Source: Pontiella sp.
GTDB taxonomy: Bacteria; Verrucomicrobiota; Kiritimatiellia; Kiritimatiellales; Pontiellaceae
Direction of reading: 5' to 3'
Length of the DNA: 64,000 nucleotides
Assembly: GCA_050290185.1 (NCBI GenBank)
Contig: JBNKHE010000005.1
Location: 96,001 to 160,000, forward strand
Under the pieces are notes generated by a model. That model searched no databases and was not told where the DNA came from. It was given only the letters and a program-made list of their open reading frames with translations. This document shows, piece by piece, positions 29,656-39,475 of this stretch. Position numbers and translations under genes: made by a program. Positions within the stretch are counted from its first letter, which is position 1. Each line of letters begins with the position of its first letter.

Positions 29656-30045
29656 ATGGGGATCGATAAGGTGAATGATACCGGGGATCAAGGGACCGCC
29701 CCTTCAAAGTCCCAAAGAAACTGGGCCATGGGCTGCCACTTGGTTGGTTTGTGCGGCCTGCTTATTCCAAATATGGTGCTTGGATTGATTGGAACGTTGG
29801 TGTTGTGGCTTTTGAAACGGGATGAAGGAGCGTTTATAGACGACCAGGGCAAGGAAGCGTTGAACTTCCAAATCAGTCTGCTTATCTACACCGTTGCCTG
29901 TTTTATGTTGGCATTTATTGCTATCGGTCTGCTGCTACTGGTTCCACTGTTCATATTTGGATTTGTTTGCATCATTATAGCCGCAATCAAGGCGAGTGAA
30001 GGTGTGGAATTCAGATATCCAGCCTGTCTACGTTTTATTAAATAA
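29656..30045 (+). CDS. DUF4870-family membrane protein
   Basis: WAM.CHL, LWLLKRD...FIDDQGKEALNFQIS, AIKA.EG..FRYP; GGAGG SD. Confidence 0.9.
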   Translation: MGIDKVNDTGDQGTAPSKSQRNWAMGCHLVGLCGLLIPNMVLGLIGTLVLWLLKRDEGAFIDDQGKEALNFQISLLIYTVACFMLAFIAIGLLLLVPLFIFGFVCIIIAAIKASEGVEFRYPACLRFIK

Positions 30046-30068
30046 CCGAAATTGAGGATAATTATTAC

Positions 30069-30956
30069 ATGACCGCAAAAATTATTGATGGAAAACAGGT
30101 TGCAGCTGAAATCCGGGCGGAGCTGAAGGAGGAGGTTTCCGTTCTCAAGGGCAAAGGCATCGTGCCGGGACTGGGAGTTATTCTGGTAGGAGACGATCCA
30201 GCATCCAGATCCTATGTCACAGCCAAAGAGCGGGCGTGTGAGGATATCGGTCTGTTCTCCGATGATAACCGGCTTTCAGCCGAAACGACGCAGGAGGAAC
30301 TGCTGGCGTTGGTGGAGCGCATGAATCAGGATCCCAAGATTAACGGTATTCTGGTGCAGTTGCCGTTGCCTAAGCACATTGATGAAGCCGCCGTACTGCT
30401 GGCGATCGATCCCGACAAGGATGTGGACGGATTTCATCCAATGAATGTTGGCAAGATGGTTGTGGGCGAGAAAGCCTATCTACCTTGCACGCCCCATGGC
30501 GTGCTGCAATTGCTGAAGAGAAGCGGTGTCGAAACGAGCGGAGCACATGTGGTTGTGGTAGGCCGAAGCAATATTGTCGGTAAGCCTGTCGCCAACATGC
30601 TGTTGCAAAAGAAGGATGGTGCCAATGCGACTGTTACACTTTGCCATACGCGCACCAAGGATCTGGGCTATCATACCCGTCAGGCCGACATTATCATCGC
30701 CGCTTCAGGTTGGCCCAACACGATCACTGCGGATATGGTTAAAGAGGGTGCCGTGATCATAGATGTCGGTGTAAATCGGGTTGAGGATCCAAGCCGTGAG
30801 CGAGGCTATCGTTTGGTCGGCGATGTGGATTTTGACGCCGTGAAAGAAAAAGCCTCGCTGATCACGCCGGTTCCAGGAGGCGTCGGACCAATGACAATCA
30901 CCATGCTGCTTTACAATACCGTGGAGTCGGCCAAACGGGCCAACGGAATAGACTAA
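30069..30956 (+). CDS. folD: Methylenetetrahydrofolate dehydrogenase/cyclohydrolase
   Basis: IIDGK, GILVQLPLP, KDVDGFHP, PCTP.G, GRSNIVGKP, TPVPGGVGPMT. Confidence 0.98.
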   Translation: MTAKIIDGKQVAAEIRAELKEEVSVLKGKGIVPGLGVILVGDDPASRSYVTAKERACEDIGLFSDDNRLSAETTQEELLALVERMNQDPKINGILVQLPLPKHIDEAAVLLAIDPDKDVDGFHPMNVGKMVVGEKAYLPCTPHGVLQLLKRSGVETSGAHVVVVGRSNIVGKPVANMLLQKKDGANATVTLCHTRTKDLGYHTRQADIIIAASGWPNTITADMVKEGAVIIDVGVNRVEDPSRERGYRLVGDVDFDAVKEKASLITPVPGGVGPMTITMLLYNTVESAKRANGID

Positions 30957-30999
30957 ATCGATTATAGTTGGGGTAACTGAACGCAAAGAGGAGGACGTT

Positions 31000-31506
31000 A
31001 TGATCTCTAAGGAAATGGAGCACGCTTTAAACGAACAGGTGAATAAAGAATTTTATTCCGCCTACCTATATTTGGCCATGTCCGCTTATTGTACGAAAAT
31101 CGGCTTGCCCGGATTCGCGCACTGGATGCGTCTTCAATATGAAGAAGAGAATCTGCATGTTACCAAGATGTATGACTACATTCTGGATCAAGGTGGAGAG
31201 GTGCACTTGAAGGCGATCGAGGAACCTCAGAAAGAATATGGACCCCCCCTGGAGGTTTTCGAAAAAACGTTAGAGCACGAACAGTTCGTGACTCGTTCGA
31301 TCCATAATCTGATGAGTCTGGCGATCGATGAAAAAGACTATGCCACCCAAGCGTTCCTGCAATGGTACGTCACTGAACAGGTGGAAGAGGAATCCAATGT
31401 CCAGGATATCCTGAATCCGCTTAGGATGGTTGGGAGCGACAAAGGCGGTTTAATGATGATTGACCAGAAGCTGGCCGGAAGACCCGCTCCGGTTGTTGCA
31501 CCGTAA
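31000..31506 (+). CDS. ftnA: Non-heme ferritin
   Basis: LNEQVNKEFYSAYLYLAMS, EE..H, EHE, FLQWYVTEQVEEE. Confidence 0.95.
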   Translation: MISKEMEHALNEQVNKEFYSAYLYLAMSAYCTKIGLPGFAHWMRLQYEEENLHVTKMYDYILDQGGEVHLKAIEEPQKEYGPPLEVFEKTLEHEQFVTRSIHNLMSLAIDEKDYATQAFLQWYVTEQVEEESNVQDILNPLRMVGSDKGGLMMIDQKLAGRPAPVVAP

Positions 31507-31521
31507 TAAAGGAGTCTTGCC

Positions 31522-32319
31522 ATGAAACTAAGAACTCTTGCCATCCTGTTTCTTTTAATCGGAATGTTCTCTCCTTCATTCGCGACTGCGGCGAAGGATA
31601 TCACACTCTTAATGATTCCCCGCGAGGACGCGCCCGTACGATTGGGAATGGATGTCGGAAATCGATACCCGACATTGTTGTTGAGCTACAAGGTGGCGTC
31701 CGACGGGGCGGTATCGCTCCATGGTTGGAGTGGTACAGAATGGGTGAAAGTTACGCTCGAAGCTTACGAGGAGGGCTCGTTTTTCCCGGCCGCACCCTCT
31801 TCCGCATTGATAGTTGAAGTGGAAGGTGAGGAAGTGCCCGAGACACTGATTCCCAGCCCGGCATGGTGCCCCGCAGTCTTCAAGATAACCACTTCGGAAA
31901 CTCGACCGTTGCTGCACCTGGTTGGGCATCATTACGACTTCAAATACAAGGACTGGAAATGGTTCGCAGAGAATTACCACGTTGCCATTAATGATATTAA
32001 TCCGGAAGGGCTGAATATCCATTGGTATCATCAACGTCTCGGAGACAACCTGAAAAAGAAAGAGAGTTTGGGAAACTCGGATTTGCAGTATTTTATGGTC
32101 ATCCGAAGTACTCAACTGAATATGGATGCGGAACCGGATGTGCTGCCGGAGGAGACCGTCGATACCGACTCATCAACTGAAGAAGAGCATGCTGATGTGA
32201 TCGAGGAGAATCCGTTGACAAATGAAGTCCCGGAGGCCGTTGTTGACACAGGGGATGCAGATGAATCCGTCAAGGCGGAAGCTGCTCCCGCTGATGGCGA
32301 ACCCGAAGAGCAGGAGTAG
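31522..32319 (+). CDS. Secreted hypothetical protein with acidic tail
   Basis: AAGGAG SD, signal peptide, E/D-rich C-terminus. Confidence 0.75.
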   Translation: MKLRTLAILFLLIGMFSPSFATAAKDITLLMIPREDAPVRLGMDVGNRYPTLLLSYKVASDGAVSLHGWSGTEWVKVTLEAYEEGSFFPAAPSSALIVEVEGEEVPETLIPSPAWCPAVFKITTSETRPLLHLVGHHYDFKYKDWKWFAENYHVAINDINPEGLNIHWYHQRLGDNLKKKESLGNSDLQYFMVIRSTQLNMDAEPDVLPEETVDTDSSTEEEHADVIEENPLTNEVPEAVVDTGDADESVKAEAAPADGEPEEQE

Positions 32320-32326
32320 AAATACC

Positions 32327-32644
32327 ATGACCAAAAGATTTCTAGCTGTTTTGTTGGCGAGTGCTTCTCTGACTTTGGCAGGTTGCGTATCCAAAACAAT
32401 CGAACCCATGTACATCCCCAACGTGGCGGCATCACAAAACCACGATGGTCTGGTTACGATTAGTTGGCCCTCACGTACAGGATACAACTACCGCCTGGTT
32501 GCGCGTGATCAGGGAAAGACAATTCTGGATAAGAAGGTCTACCGGGGTACCGGCCAGACCATTACGGTTCAGTTTATGCGCAAGTCGGACAGGCCTTTGC
32601 CTAACTACACCGTCAAACCGGAAAAAACCGGGGGTGAGAGGTAG
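32327..32644 (+). CDS. Hypothetical lipoprotein
   Basis: MTKRFLAVLLASASLTLAGC lipobox. Confidence 0.75.
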   Translation: MTKRFLAVLLASASLTLAGCVSKTIEPMYIPNVAASQNHDGLVTISWPSRTGYNYRLVARDQGKTILDKKVYRGTGQTITVQFMRKSDRPLPNYTVKPEKTGGER

Positions 32645-32665
32645 GTGTCTGCGTTCAAAAGAACG

Positions 32666-34162
32666 CTATAGAACCGGAGTCATCAGGGCGCAAAGGTTTT
32701 CCGCAAGTTTCTGGATTGAAGGTCGTTTAATCCATTCATTCAGCGAGATCTCCGTGCTGCGATCCATATCTTCATGAATCATGCCTTTCAATTTATTGAT
32801 GGCCGACTCATCTTCAATCAACGATAAGGTCTCGTAGTTCAATTCCAGACTGCGCACATCCAGATTGGCTGTTCCAACCAGTGCAACGGAATCGTCGACC
32901 ACCATGGCTTTGGCATGGATAAATGGAGGCTTGCGCAGGTAGATACGTCCTCCGGCAGCAAGCAACTCCTCGTATAGTGCTTTTGATGCCAAACCGGCGT
33001 ATCTGTGGTTGTTCTTTTCGGGAACAACAATGCGGACATCCACTCCCCGGCGGGCGGCTGAGCGTAAAGCGCGCATGATATCGTTGGTTGGCACAAAATA
33101 GGGGGTAACAATCAATACCTGCCGCTGGGCAAGGATGATTGCATTGAATACCGTTTCGCTTGCCAGATCCGGGGGTTCGGAGGGGCCACTGTCGATCAGG
33201 CGGGCGCGAGCGTTTCCGATGGACAGCATCTGTGGAAAATGATTGGCATTGATCAGATTGTCCGTCGGTTCGGCGGTCATAAAATACCAGTCGCGCAGAA
33301 AAGAAAACTGCAACTCATGAACCATGGGGCCTTCCACTTTAAAATGATAATCCCGTATGGCATCGTGATCTTCGGTAGTGATATTTTCATCGGAAATATT
33401 GACCCCGCCGAAAAAGGCAATACATCCGTCAACGATTAAATTCTTGCGATGGTTCCGTAGATTAATCTGGAATTGCCGTTTAAATGGATTGGCCTGGGTC
33501 CACCCGCAGATTTTAAGGTTTTCCACTTTCCCGTACTGATGGAACATACCGGTCAGATAAGCATACGCGGAACCGAAACGGTCGAACATGAGCCGGATAT
33601 CGACCCCTTCCCTTGCTTTCTTTTCGAGCTCTTCGAGAAATTGCCGGCCTACGGCACCACGATGAATAATGTAGCTTTGTAGATGGATATGGTTTTTTGC
33701 ATTCCGTATGGCTTCCAGCATGAGCGGATAGGTTTCATCGCCGCACTCCAATGGAGTGATGAAGTTTCCATCAAGAAGAGGATGATCAGGGTTGAGTGCA
33801 TCTAGGGCACGATTGAGTTTTTGGCAACACGCGCTTTCGATATCCGCGAGGGAAGTGCTGAAATTGTAATGCCAGGCCACGAAGGGCGTCTCATCCTTAT
33901 GGCGGGCCCGCCGTTGCTCCATCATCTCCTGATTCTTGGCTTTTTTTAGCAGGCCCTTGCGGGGAATGCGGTCGATGCCAAATGCCAGATAGAGCAGGGG
34001 GCCGATGAAGGGAATGGACCAGGCAACGAATATCCACAGAATGGTGGCACTTGCGTTGCGGCGCCTTTTCAGGGCGTGGAGGCACACGCCCACAAACGCC
34101 ACTAAATGCAGGGCGGTGCTTAAGACAACCCAGTATCTGACATCAAGTAGGCCTTCTTGCAT
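32666..34162 (-). CDS. cls: Cardiolipin synthase
   Basis: Two N-terminal TM helices; two PLD HKD motifs (NHRKNLIVDG, HAKAMVVDD), GTANLD.RS..LNYE. Confidence 0.95.
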   Translation of the reverse strand: MQEGLLDVRYWVVLSTALHLVAFVGVCLHALKRRRNASATILWIFVAWSIPFIGPLLYLAFGIDRIPRKGLLKKAKNQEMMEQRRARHKDETPFVAWHYNFSTSLADIESACCQKLNRALDALNPDHPLLDGNFITPLECGDETYPLMLEAIRNAKNHIHLQSYIIHRGAVGRQFLEELEKKAREGVDIRLMFDRFGSAYAYLTGMFHQYGKVENLKICGWTQANPFKRQFQINLRNHRKNLIVDGCIAFFGGVNISDENITTEDHDAIRDYHFKVEGPMVHELQFSFLRDWYFMTAEPTDNLINANHFPQMLSIGNARARLIDSGPSEPPDLASETVFNAIILAQRQVLIVTPYFVPTNDIMRALRSAARRGVDVRIVVPEKNNHRYAGLASKALYEELLAAGGRIYLRKPPFIHAKAMVVDDSVALVGTANLDVRSLELNYETLSLIEDESAINKLKGMIHEDMDRSTEISLNEWIKRPSIQKLAENLCALMTPVL

Positions 34163-34253
34163 GTATTCATGCTAGCGGGATGTGCGATCGAAGCATAGTT
34201 AAAAGTGAACGTGAAGTGTTGTCATCGGAGGGAAAGAGACTAGATTTGTACCC

Positions 34254-34979
34254 ATGAGATTTCTGCTCTACAACATTTGCTATGGAACCCATGGTAATCA
34301 ACGAAAACTTCCGTTACTTGGATTGCTCGGACGAACGCACAACCATCTCGGTGAAATCACGAATTTTATCAAAAAACAAAACCCTGACGTAGTGGGTTTG
34401 ATTGAGGTGGACAGTGGCTCTTATCGTTCAGGGAAAAAAAGTCAGGTTGAAACCATGGCGGCAGAACTCGGACACTTTCATGCCTACTGTTCCAAATATG
34501 CCACGAATTCCCGGTGGCAACGCATCCCCATCTACAACAAACAAGGCAATGCCTTTCTTGCCAAGGATACCATTCATGGGGAACGGTTCCATTATTTTGA
34601 GCGTGGCATGAAAAAGCTGGTGATCGAGCTGGAGCTCGAAAAAGTGACCTTCTTTCTGGTCCACCTTGCGCTCAGCTACAAAGCCCGGCAGGCACAGATA
34701 CTTCATCTGTATAACATGATCAAGCAGACGGGACGGCCCTATATTGTAGCCGGTGATTTCAATGCATTCATGGGAGAGGATGAAATCCAGCTGCTGATGT
34801 CTGCCAGCGGGTTGAAAAATGCCGATGTGAACATGCAGCCTTCCTACCCGAGCCGTAAGCCCAAACGGCATCTCGATTTCATTCTGCACAGTCCCGAAAT
34901 CGTGATAAAACACTTTGAAATGCCACAGGTTGAATTATCGGATCATCTTCCCTTGGTGGTTGATTTTGACGTCAAGTGA
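34254..34979 (+). CDS. Endonuclease/exonuclease/phosphatase family protein
   Basis: YNI, L.EVD, HL, GDFN, LDFI, SDHLP. Confidence 0.92.
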   Translation: MRFLLYNICYGTHGNQRKLPLLGLLGRTHNHLGEITNFIKKQNPDVVGLIEVDSGSYRSGKKSQVETMAAELGHFHAYCSKYATNSRWQRIPIYNKQGNAFLAKDTIHGERFHYFERGMKKLVIELELEKVTFFLVHLALSYKARQAQILHLYNMIKQTGRPYIVAGDFNAFMGEDEIQLLMSASGLKNADVNMQPSYPSRKPKRHLDFILHSPEIVIKHFEMPQVELSDHLPLVVDFDVK

Positions 34980-35059
34980 TGTTGCGTTGGATGAACAGGA
35001 AAACCGTTGGTTTCAAGGCATGAAACCTTCTGTTGATCTGGATATTGAAGGAGGATCTA

Positions 35060-35743
35060 ATGAATGAATTTTTGATAGGTATGCTGGTTGCTTTAATCAT
35101 TGGTATTGTTGTCTGGATAGCGTTAATGAAAAAAAGAAAGCCAGGGAAAGAACTTCGGGTTTTTTCAAGCATCGAGCAGCTGCGTTCGATTGGCCAGCTG
35201 TCGGTCTATAAAGTGCTGACCAAGGAAATTGTGACTGAAACCGATCACTCTTGGGGAGAGGTTGGATCGCGCTATCTGAGCTGGGTGCTCAGCAACAAGA
35301 AGATGGCGATGATATTCGAATTCGCAATAGACTTCCGCTACAACCTTCAAAGTCCGCAGTTCAAGATCAGGGAGTCCGGCGCAGATCAGTATTCAATTCT
35401 TATGCCGCCATGCGACTATGAAGTCCATATCCGAGATATTCGTTTTTATGATGAGCAGGGTTCAAAACTATTTCCCTGGTTGCTGCCCGATCTTCTGAAC
35501 GGATTCCTTGGCGGTGGTTTTTCAGAGGAAGACAAGAACAAGCTGGTTAATGCGGCCAAGAATCATGCCGAACAGCAGGCCCTGGAGTTAATCAATAATA
35601 TTCAATCCGAAGTGCAGAAATCAGCCAAAACCACGCTGGAGTCCATTAGTCGGGCCTTTGGAGCTGTCGATATTGAGTTTGAATTTTCCTCCAAGCGCGC
35701 TACCGAGGTTGAGGTGGAAGTGTCGGATCAAATCGCATCCTAA
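35060..35743 (+). CDS. DUF4230-like membrane-anchored protein
   Basis: GGAGG SD, N-terminal TM, LRSIGQLSV...KEIV pattern, helical C-terminus. Confidence 0.65.
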   Translation: MNEFLIGMLVALIIGIVVWIALMKKRKPGKELRVFSSIEQLRSIGQLSVYKVLTKEIVTETDHSWGEVGSRYLSWVLSNKKMAMIFEFAIDFRYNLQSPQFKIRESGADQYSILMPPCDYEVHIRDIRFYDEQGSKLFPWLLPDLLNGFLGGGFSEEDKNKLVNAAKNHAEQQALELINNIQSEVQKSAKTTLESISRAFGAVDIEFEFSSKRATEVEVEVSDQIAS

Positions 35744-36423
35744 TAGTCAGCGGTTGAAAGGCCGCCTTCAAGTACGGCCTGGGTTGCTCCTATTCCCAAT
35801 CGCGTTGCGCCTTGCTCAAGATAGCCGACGGCCTGCTCCCAGGTTCGGATTCCTCCAGACGCCTTGATGCCCATTTTCCCTCCCACTGTCTTCACCATGA
35901 CATCGATGATTTCTGGCGAGGCTGAAGCGGGTCCGAATCCGGTTGAGGTTTTAACAAAATCCGCGCCCGCCTTGAATGCGATCTCGCAGGCAACGGCAAC
36001 CTGATCTAGGGTGAGATAGCAACTTTCCTGTATAACCTTAACTATCACGCCATTGGCATGGCATTCATCGACAACTGATGTGATGTCGTTGAGGACATAG
36101 TCCTGCTTCCCGCTCAGAAATTGTCCGATATTCATCACCATATCGATCTCATGCACCCCGTCTTTTATCGCTTGTCGGGCCTGAAAAACCTTGGTCTCTG
36201 TCGTGTCGTCCCCGTGGGGAAAGCTCAATACGGACGAGACCTTTACGCAGGAATCCTTCAAGAGCACCGCTGCAAGGCGTATATCGCATGGACGTACACA
36301 CATGCTGGCGACACTAAAACCACGGCACATGTCTGCATTGGATCGAATGTCGCCTTCCGTCAGGTTGGCTTTCAGGACGGCATGGTCGATCGTCGCAGCT
36401 AATTCTTTGATACTGAGTTTCAT
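35740..36423 (-). CDS. deoC: Deoxyribose-phosphate aldolase
   Basis: IDHAVLK, FPHG, EIDMVMNIG, KVI.E, DFVKTSTGF, KASGGIR; AAGGA SD. Confidence 0.96.
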   Translation of the reverse strand: MKLSIKELAATIDHAVLKANLTEGDIRSNADMCRGFSVASMCVRPCDIRLAAVLLKDSCVKVSSVLSFPHGDDTTETKVFQARQAIKDGVHEIDMVMNIGQFLSGKQDYVLNDITSVVDECHANGVIVKVIQESCYLTLDQVAVACEIAFKAGADFVKTSTGFGPASASPEIIDVMVKTVGGKMGIKASGGIRTWEQAVGYLEQGATRLGIGATQAVLEGGLSTADY

Positions 36424-36489
36424 CCGGCTTCCTTTCCGCAAAGAAAAGGCCGCCATGACTGACGGCCTTGCGGGCATATGATTAGACGG

Positions 36490-37284
36490 TTATTTAGCCA
36501 GCTTTTTTAGATAGGCTTGATCCTCAGGGGAAAAATCGCGAAAGGGGATGGTTGCGTTATTTCCGTTCTTTGCGTTCTTAAGAGTAACCTGTCCCCTCTC
36601 GTAGCTTACAAAGATTGCGGATTCCACGGTGATCATCCTGCCGCCATAGTTGATGTGCCATGACCGGTATTCCGGTTTAAGCTTCGGGGAAGCCGCACGT
36701 TCGCTGGGACTCGAACTGGCTTCTTCCGCCGCCTCTTCCCTTTCAGCCTTAATCTTGGCCTCTACCTCTTCCATGGACGGTGCTTCAACAAATTCCGAAG
36801 GGGTTCCTTTCGGAGATGGCAAGCTAAGACGTTTGGTCGGTCCGGCCTCGGTCAGGCTGATCGACTTGGTGTCCATCCGTCCGGTAATAGGATCTTCAAT
36901 GCCAACATCTTCAACCTGCATTGCTATATACCCTTTCCCACATTCAACAGGTCTGTTTTTGAGCGGATAGTACCCGAGATAGTGCGGCTCCGGGGAGTTG
37001 TCGCAGATGATCAGGTGATAGCCCCCGTCATCCGGCAATTCACCTACGAAGATCCAATAGTATGCAAGGATCTCGTCTTTATCATTGATATCGTCCTCAT
37101 AGTCGGTATCAACCCCGCCCAGATCATCCACCTCTATCCCTTCCGGATAGTGTTCGCCTCCGATCTTGGCCATGATCTTTTCAACGTCCCTCCGATCCGG
37201 CTCACGCTTTCTAACAGCGTTTGCTGTCAAAGCAAACCCTATCCCGAAAACCGCTACCAGAATCCAAGTAAGTGTTTTTCTCAT
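36490..37284 (-). CDS. Secreted hypothetical protein with SHD1-like C-terminal domain
   Basis: Signal peptide; C-terminal YRSW...G...A.FV......VTL....G....IP...FS.EDQAYL resembles the SHD1-like domain common in PVC proteins. Confidence 0.65.
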   Translation of the reverse strand: MRKTLTWILVAVFGIGFALTANAVRKREPDRRDVEKIMAKIGGEHYPEGIEVDDLGGVDTDYEDDINDKDEILAYYWIFVGELPDDGGYHLIICDNSPEPHYLGYYPLKNRPVECGKGYIAMQVEDVGIEDPITGRMDTKSISLTEAGPTKRLSLPSPKGTPSEFVEAPSMEEVEAKIKAEREEAAEEASSSPSERAASPKLKPEYRSWHINYGGRMITVESAIFVSYERGQVTLKNAKNGNNATIPFRDFSPEDQAYLKKLAK

Positions 37285-37503
37285 ACCTCTGCCTTTCTCT
37301 CCTGCCTAATCAAAACAACGGTTCGACTGCTTGAAGTAGTTATTGCTAAAGCTACATGTAGATTGCGAATCATGCCATGTTTTTCACTCAAAAAAAGAGG
37401 CCTGAGCAGACGGGAAAGACAAAATACGCACTTGGCAGCAACATCTCTTTTCTGCATAGTGTGCGGCCTTTTTGGAGCTTATAACAAATACGAGGACAAC
37501 CAT

Positions 37504-38070
37504 ATGTACAATGCATCCGATCTGAAAAAAGGGCTGAAAATCGAGATCGATGGTGATCCCTGCATGATTACCCAGTTCGAGTTTTCCAAGCCCGGCAAGG
37601 GACAGGCACTCTACCGGTGCAAAATCAAAAATCTGGTGACGGGAAACCAATTTGATAAAACCTATCGCTCTGTCGAAAAGGTTAAACGTTGCGCGCTGAT
37701 TTCCCGCGACTACACCTTTTCCTACATCGATGGAGACAACTATGTCTTTTCCGATAATGAAACCTTCGAGGAGGCACATCTGAACGAAGAGCTGCTTAGT
37801 GACTTGAAATATTTCATTGTCGACGACATGCCGGTTGAAATCCTATTCCACAACGATCGCGCCTTGGACATTACCCTGCCTAACTTTGTGGAAATGGTGG
37901 TTGCCGAAACCGAGCCGGGCGCTCGCGGCGATACCGCCACGAACGTAATGAAGCCCGCCAAACTCGAAAACGGTTACGAAATCAACGTGCCAATTTTCAT
38001 CAACGAAGGCGATACCATCCGCATTGATACCCGTACGGGGACCTATGCGGACCGCGTCTCCAAGGGGTAG
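37504..38070 (+). CDS. efp: Elongation factor P
   Basis: ASDLKKG, KPGKGQA (modifiable Lys), EPGARGDTA, VPIFINEGD.IRIDTR.G.Y; GAGG SD. Confidence 0.97.
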   Translation: MYNASDLKKGLKIEIDGDPCMITQFEFSKPGKGQALYRCKIKNLVTGNQFDKTYRSVEKVKRCALISRDYTFSYIDGDNYVFSDNETFEEAHLNEELLSDLKYFIVDDMPVEILFHNDRALDITLPNFVEMVVAETEPGARGDTATNVMKPAKLENGYEINVPIFINEGDTIRIDTRTGTYADRVSKG

Positions 38071-38071
38071 C

Positions 38072-38917
38072 ATGGCATACGATAGCTTAAAGCTGAGAGA
38101 CGTCCTGATGCGCGGCATCCGGACGTTTTTTTATGAGCGCGGCTTCACCGAAGTGGAAACGCCGATCCGTCTGGAAACGCCCTGCATGGAGTTGCATATC
38201 GATGCAGAGCCGAGCGGGGACCACTATCTACGCACCTCGCCTGAAATCTGCCACAAGAAGCTGCTGGCAGCCGGATATGAACGGATCTTCGAGCTGGGAA
38301 AATGCTTCCGGCATGGGGAATGCGGGCCGTTGCACAATCCCGAATACACGATGCTGGAATGGTACAGGACGCATGCCGATTATATGGACGTGCTCGACGA
38401 CACGCGCACGCTGGTCGAATCCGTATGGGACAACGGGCCGACGGATTGGACGATATTACCGGTTTCCGAAGCGTTCTCCAACTTTGCGGGCTGGGATCCG
38501 GCGGGCAACTATGACGCGGACCGTTTTGATCTCGATCTGGTTGAAAAAGTCGAGCCCTCCTTGAAACGGATGGGCGGGGCCGTCGTACTCAAGGATTATC
38601 CGGTTGAAGCGGCGGCGCTCTCACGTCGCAAGCCGGACAATCCCCTGGTAGCAGAACGGTGGGAGCTTTATATAGATGGTATCGAAATAGCCAATGCCTA
38701 TTCCGAGTTGACCGATCCAGAGGAACAGAGACTTCGGTTCGAGGAATGCGCCGAACAACGCAAAGCCCTCGGCAAGCTGGTCTACGGGATTGATGAGGAG
38801 TTTATTCAGGCGCTGGGCCAAATGCCTCGATCCGGCGGGGTGGCGTTGGGGGTCGATCGCCTGCTTATGTTGATGATGGGTCAATCTTCGCTGGATCAAT
38901 CTCTTCCATTTCGGTGA
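38072..38917 (+). CDS. epmA: EF-P lysine aminoacylase (EpmA/GenX)
   Basis: LysRS catalytic domain only: EVETP, YLRTSPE...KKLLA, HNPEYTMLEWYR, EIANAYSELTD, GVALGVDRL; directly follows efp. Confidence 0.93.
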   Translation: MAYDSLKLRDVLMRGIRTFFYERGFTEVETPIRLETPCMELHIDAEPSGDHYLRTSPEICHKKLLAAGYERIFELGKCFRHGECGPLHNPEYTMLEWYRTHADYMDVLDDTRTLVESVWDNGPTDWTILPVSEAFSNFAGWDPAGNYDADRFDLDLVEKVEPSLKRMGGAVVLKDYPVEAAALSRRKPDNPLVAERWELYIDGIEIANAYSELTDPEEQRLRFEECAEQRKALGKLVYGIDEEFIQALGQMPRSGGVALGVDRLLMLMMGQSSLDQSLPFR

Positions 38918-39353
38918 TGGCCGGGATAATCGGCTGTTCCATCGCTTCACGACGCGTCCCGTCGCTGTGGTAGTCGATGACCGTTTTCTCGAGATTGCGT
39001 AGTTGCTTGGCAACATCATTTAAGCGGAATTCGATCGAATTCAGAATCCAGAACTGGAAATGCTCCACCTTGGTCGACTTGTGCATCATCCAGATAATCT
39101 TAATCGAAACCAATAGGATGGCGATCACCAGCGAAAATTCCGTATCAAGGGGGACATGAATATCCCACAGCTGGTGCAACAAGTCGTTTATGCCGAGTAA
39201 TGTGATGGCAATAATGAACCCCGTATTGACCCACTTGTCCCGTTCCGCCTGCTCCTTGCCGCCGATTTGGCCCATCAATTTGCGGATCTTCTCTTTTTCT
39301 TTTTTGAAGTTATCGAGTTCGGCCTTCAGCTTGATCGGGTCTAGGTCTTCCAT
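38865..39353 (-). CDS. Conserved hypothetical membrane protein (2 TM)
   Basis: GGAG SD; EKEKIR..MGQIGG, LLVSIKIIWM, HFQFWILNSIEFRLN; overlaps the epmA 3' end convergently by 53 nt. Confidence 0.75.
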   Translation of the reverse strand: MEDLDPIKLKAELDNFKKEKEKIRKLMGQIGGKEQAERDKWVNTGFIIAITLLGINDLLHQLWDIHVPLDTEFSLVIAILLVSIKIIWMMHKSTKVEHFQFWILNSIEFRLNDVAKQLRNLEKTVIDYHSDGTRREAMEQPIIPAITEMEEIDPAKIDPSST

Positions 39354-39475
39354 ATTGAACACTCCGTCTTTAATTATGTATAAGCTTAGAGCCGGATCCA
39401 GCTTTCATCAACAAATTAGCGTGTCAATCGATGATGGTGCGTGCTAGAAATTCCTTCCTTTGAAGGGCAGGTTAC

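Noticed and set aside
36982..37503. Apparent 174-aa N-terminal extension of EF-P
   Set aside because: It overlaps a real minus-strand gene; the SD and family start are at 37504.
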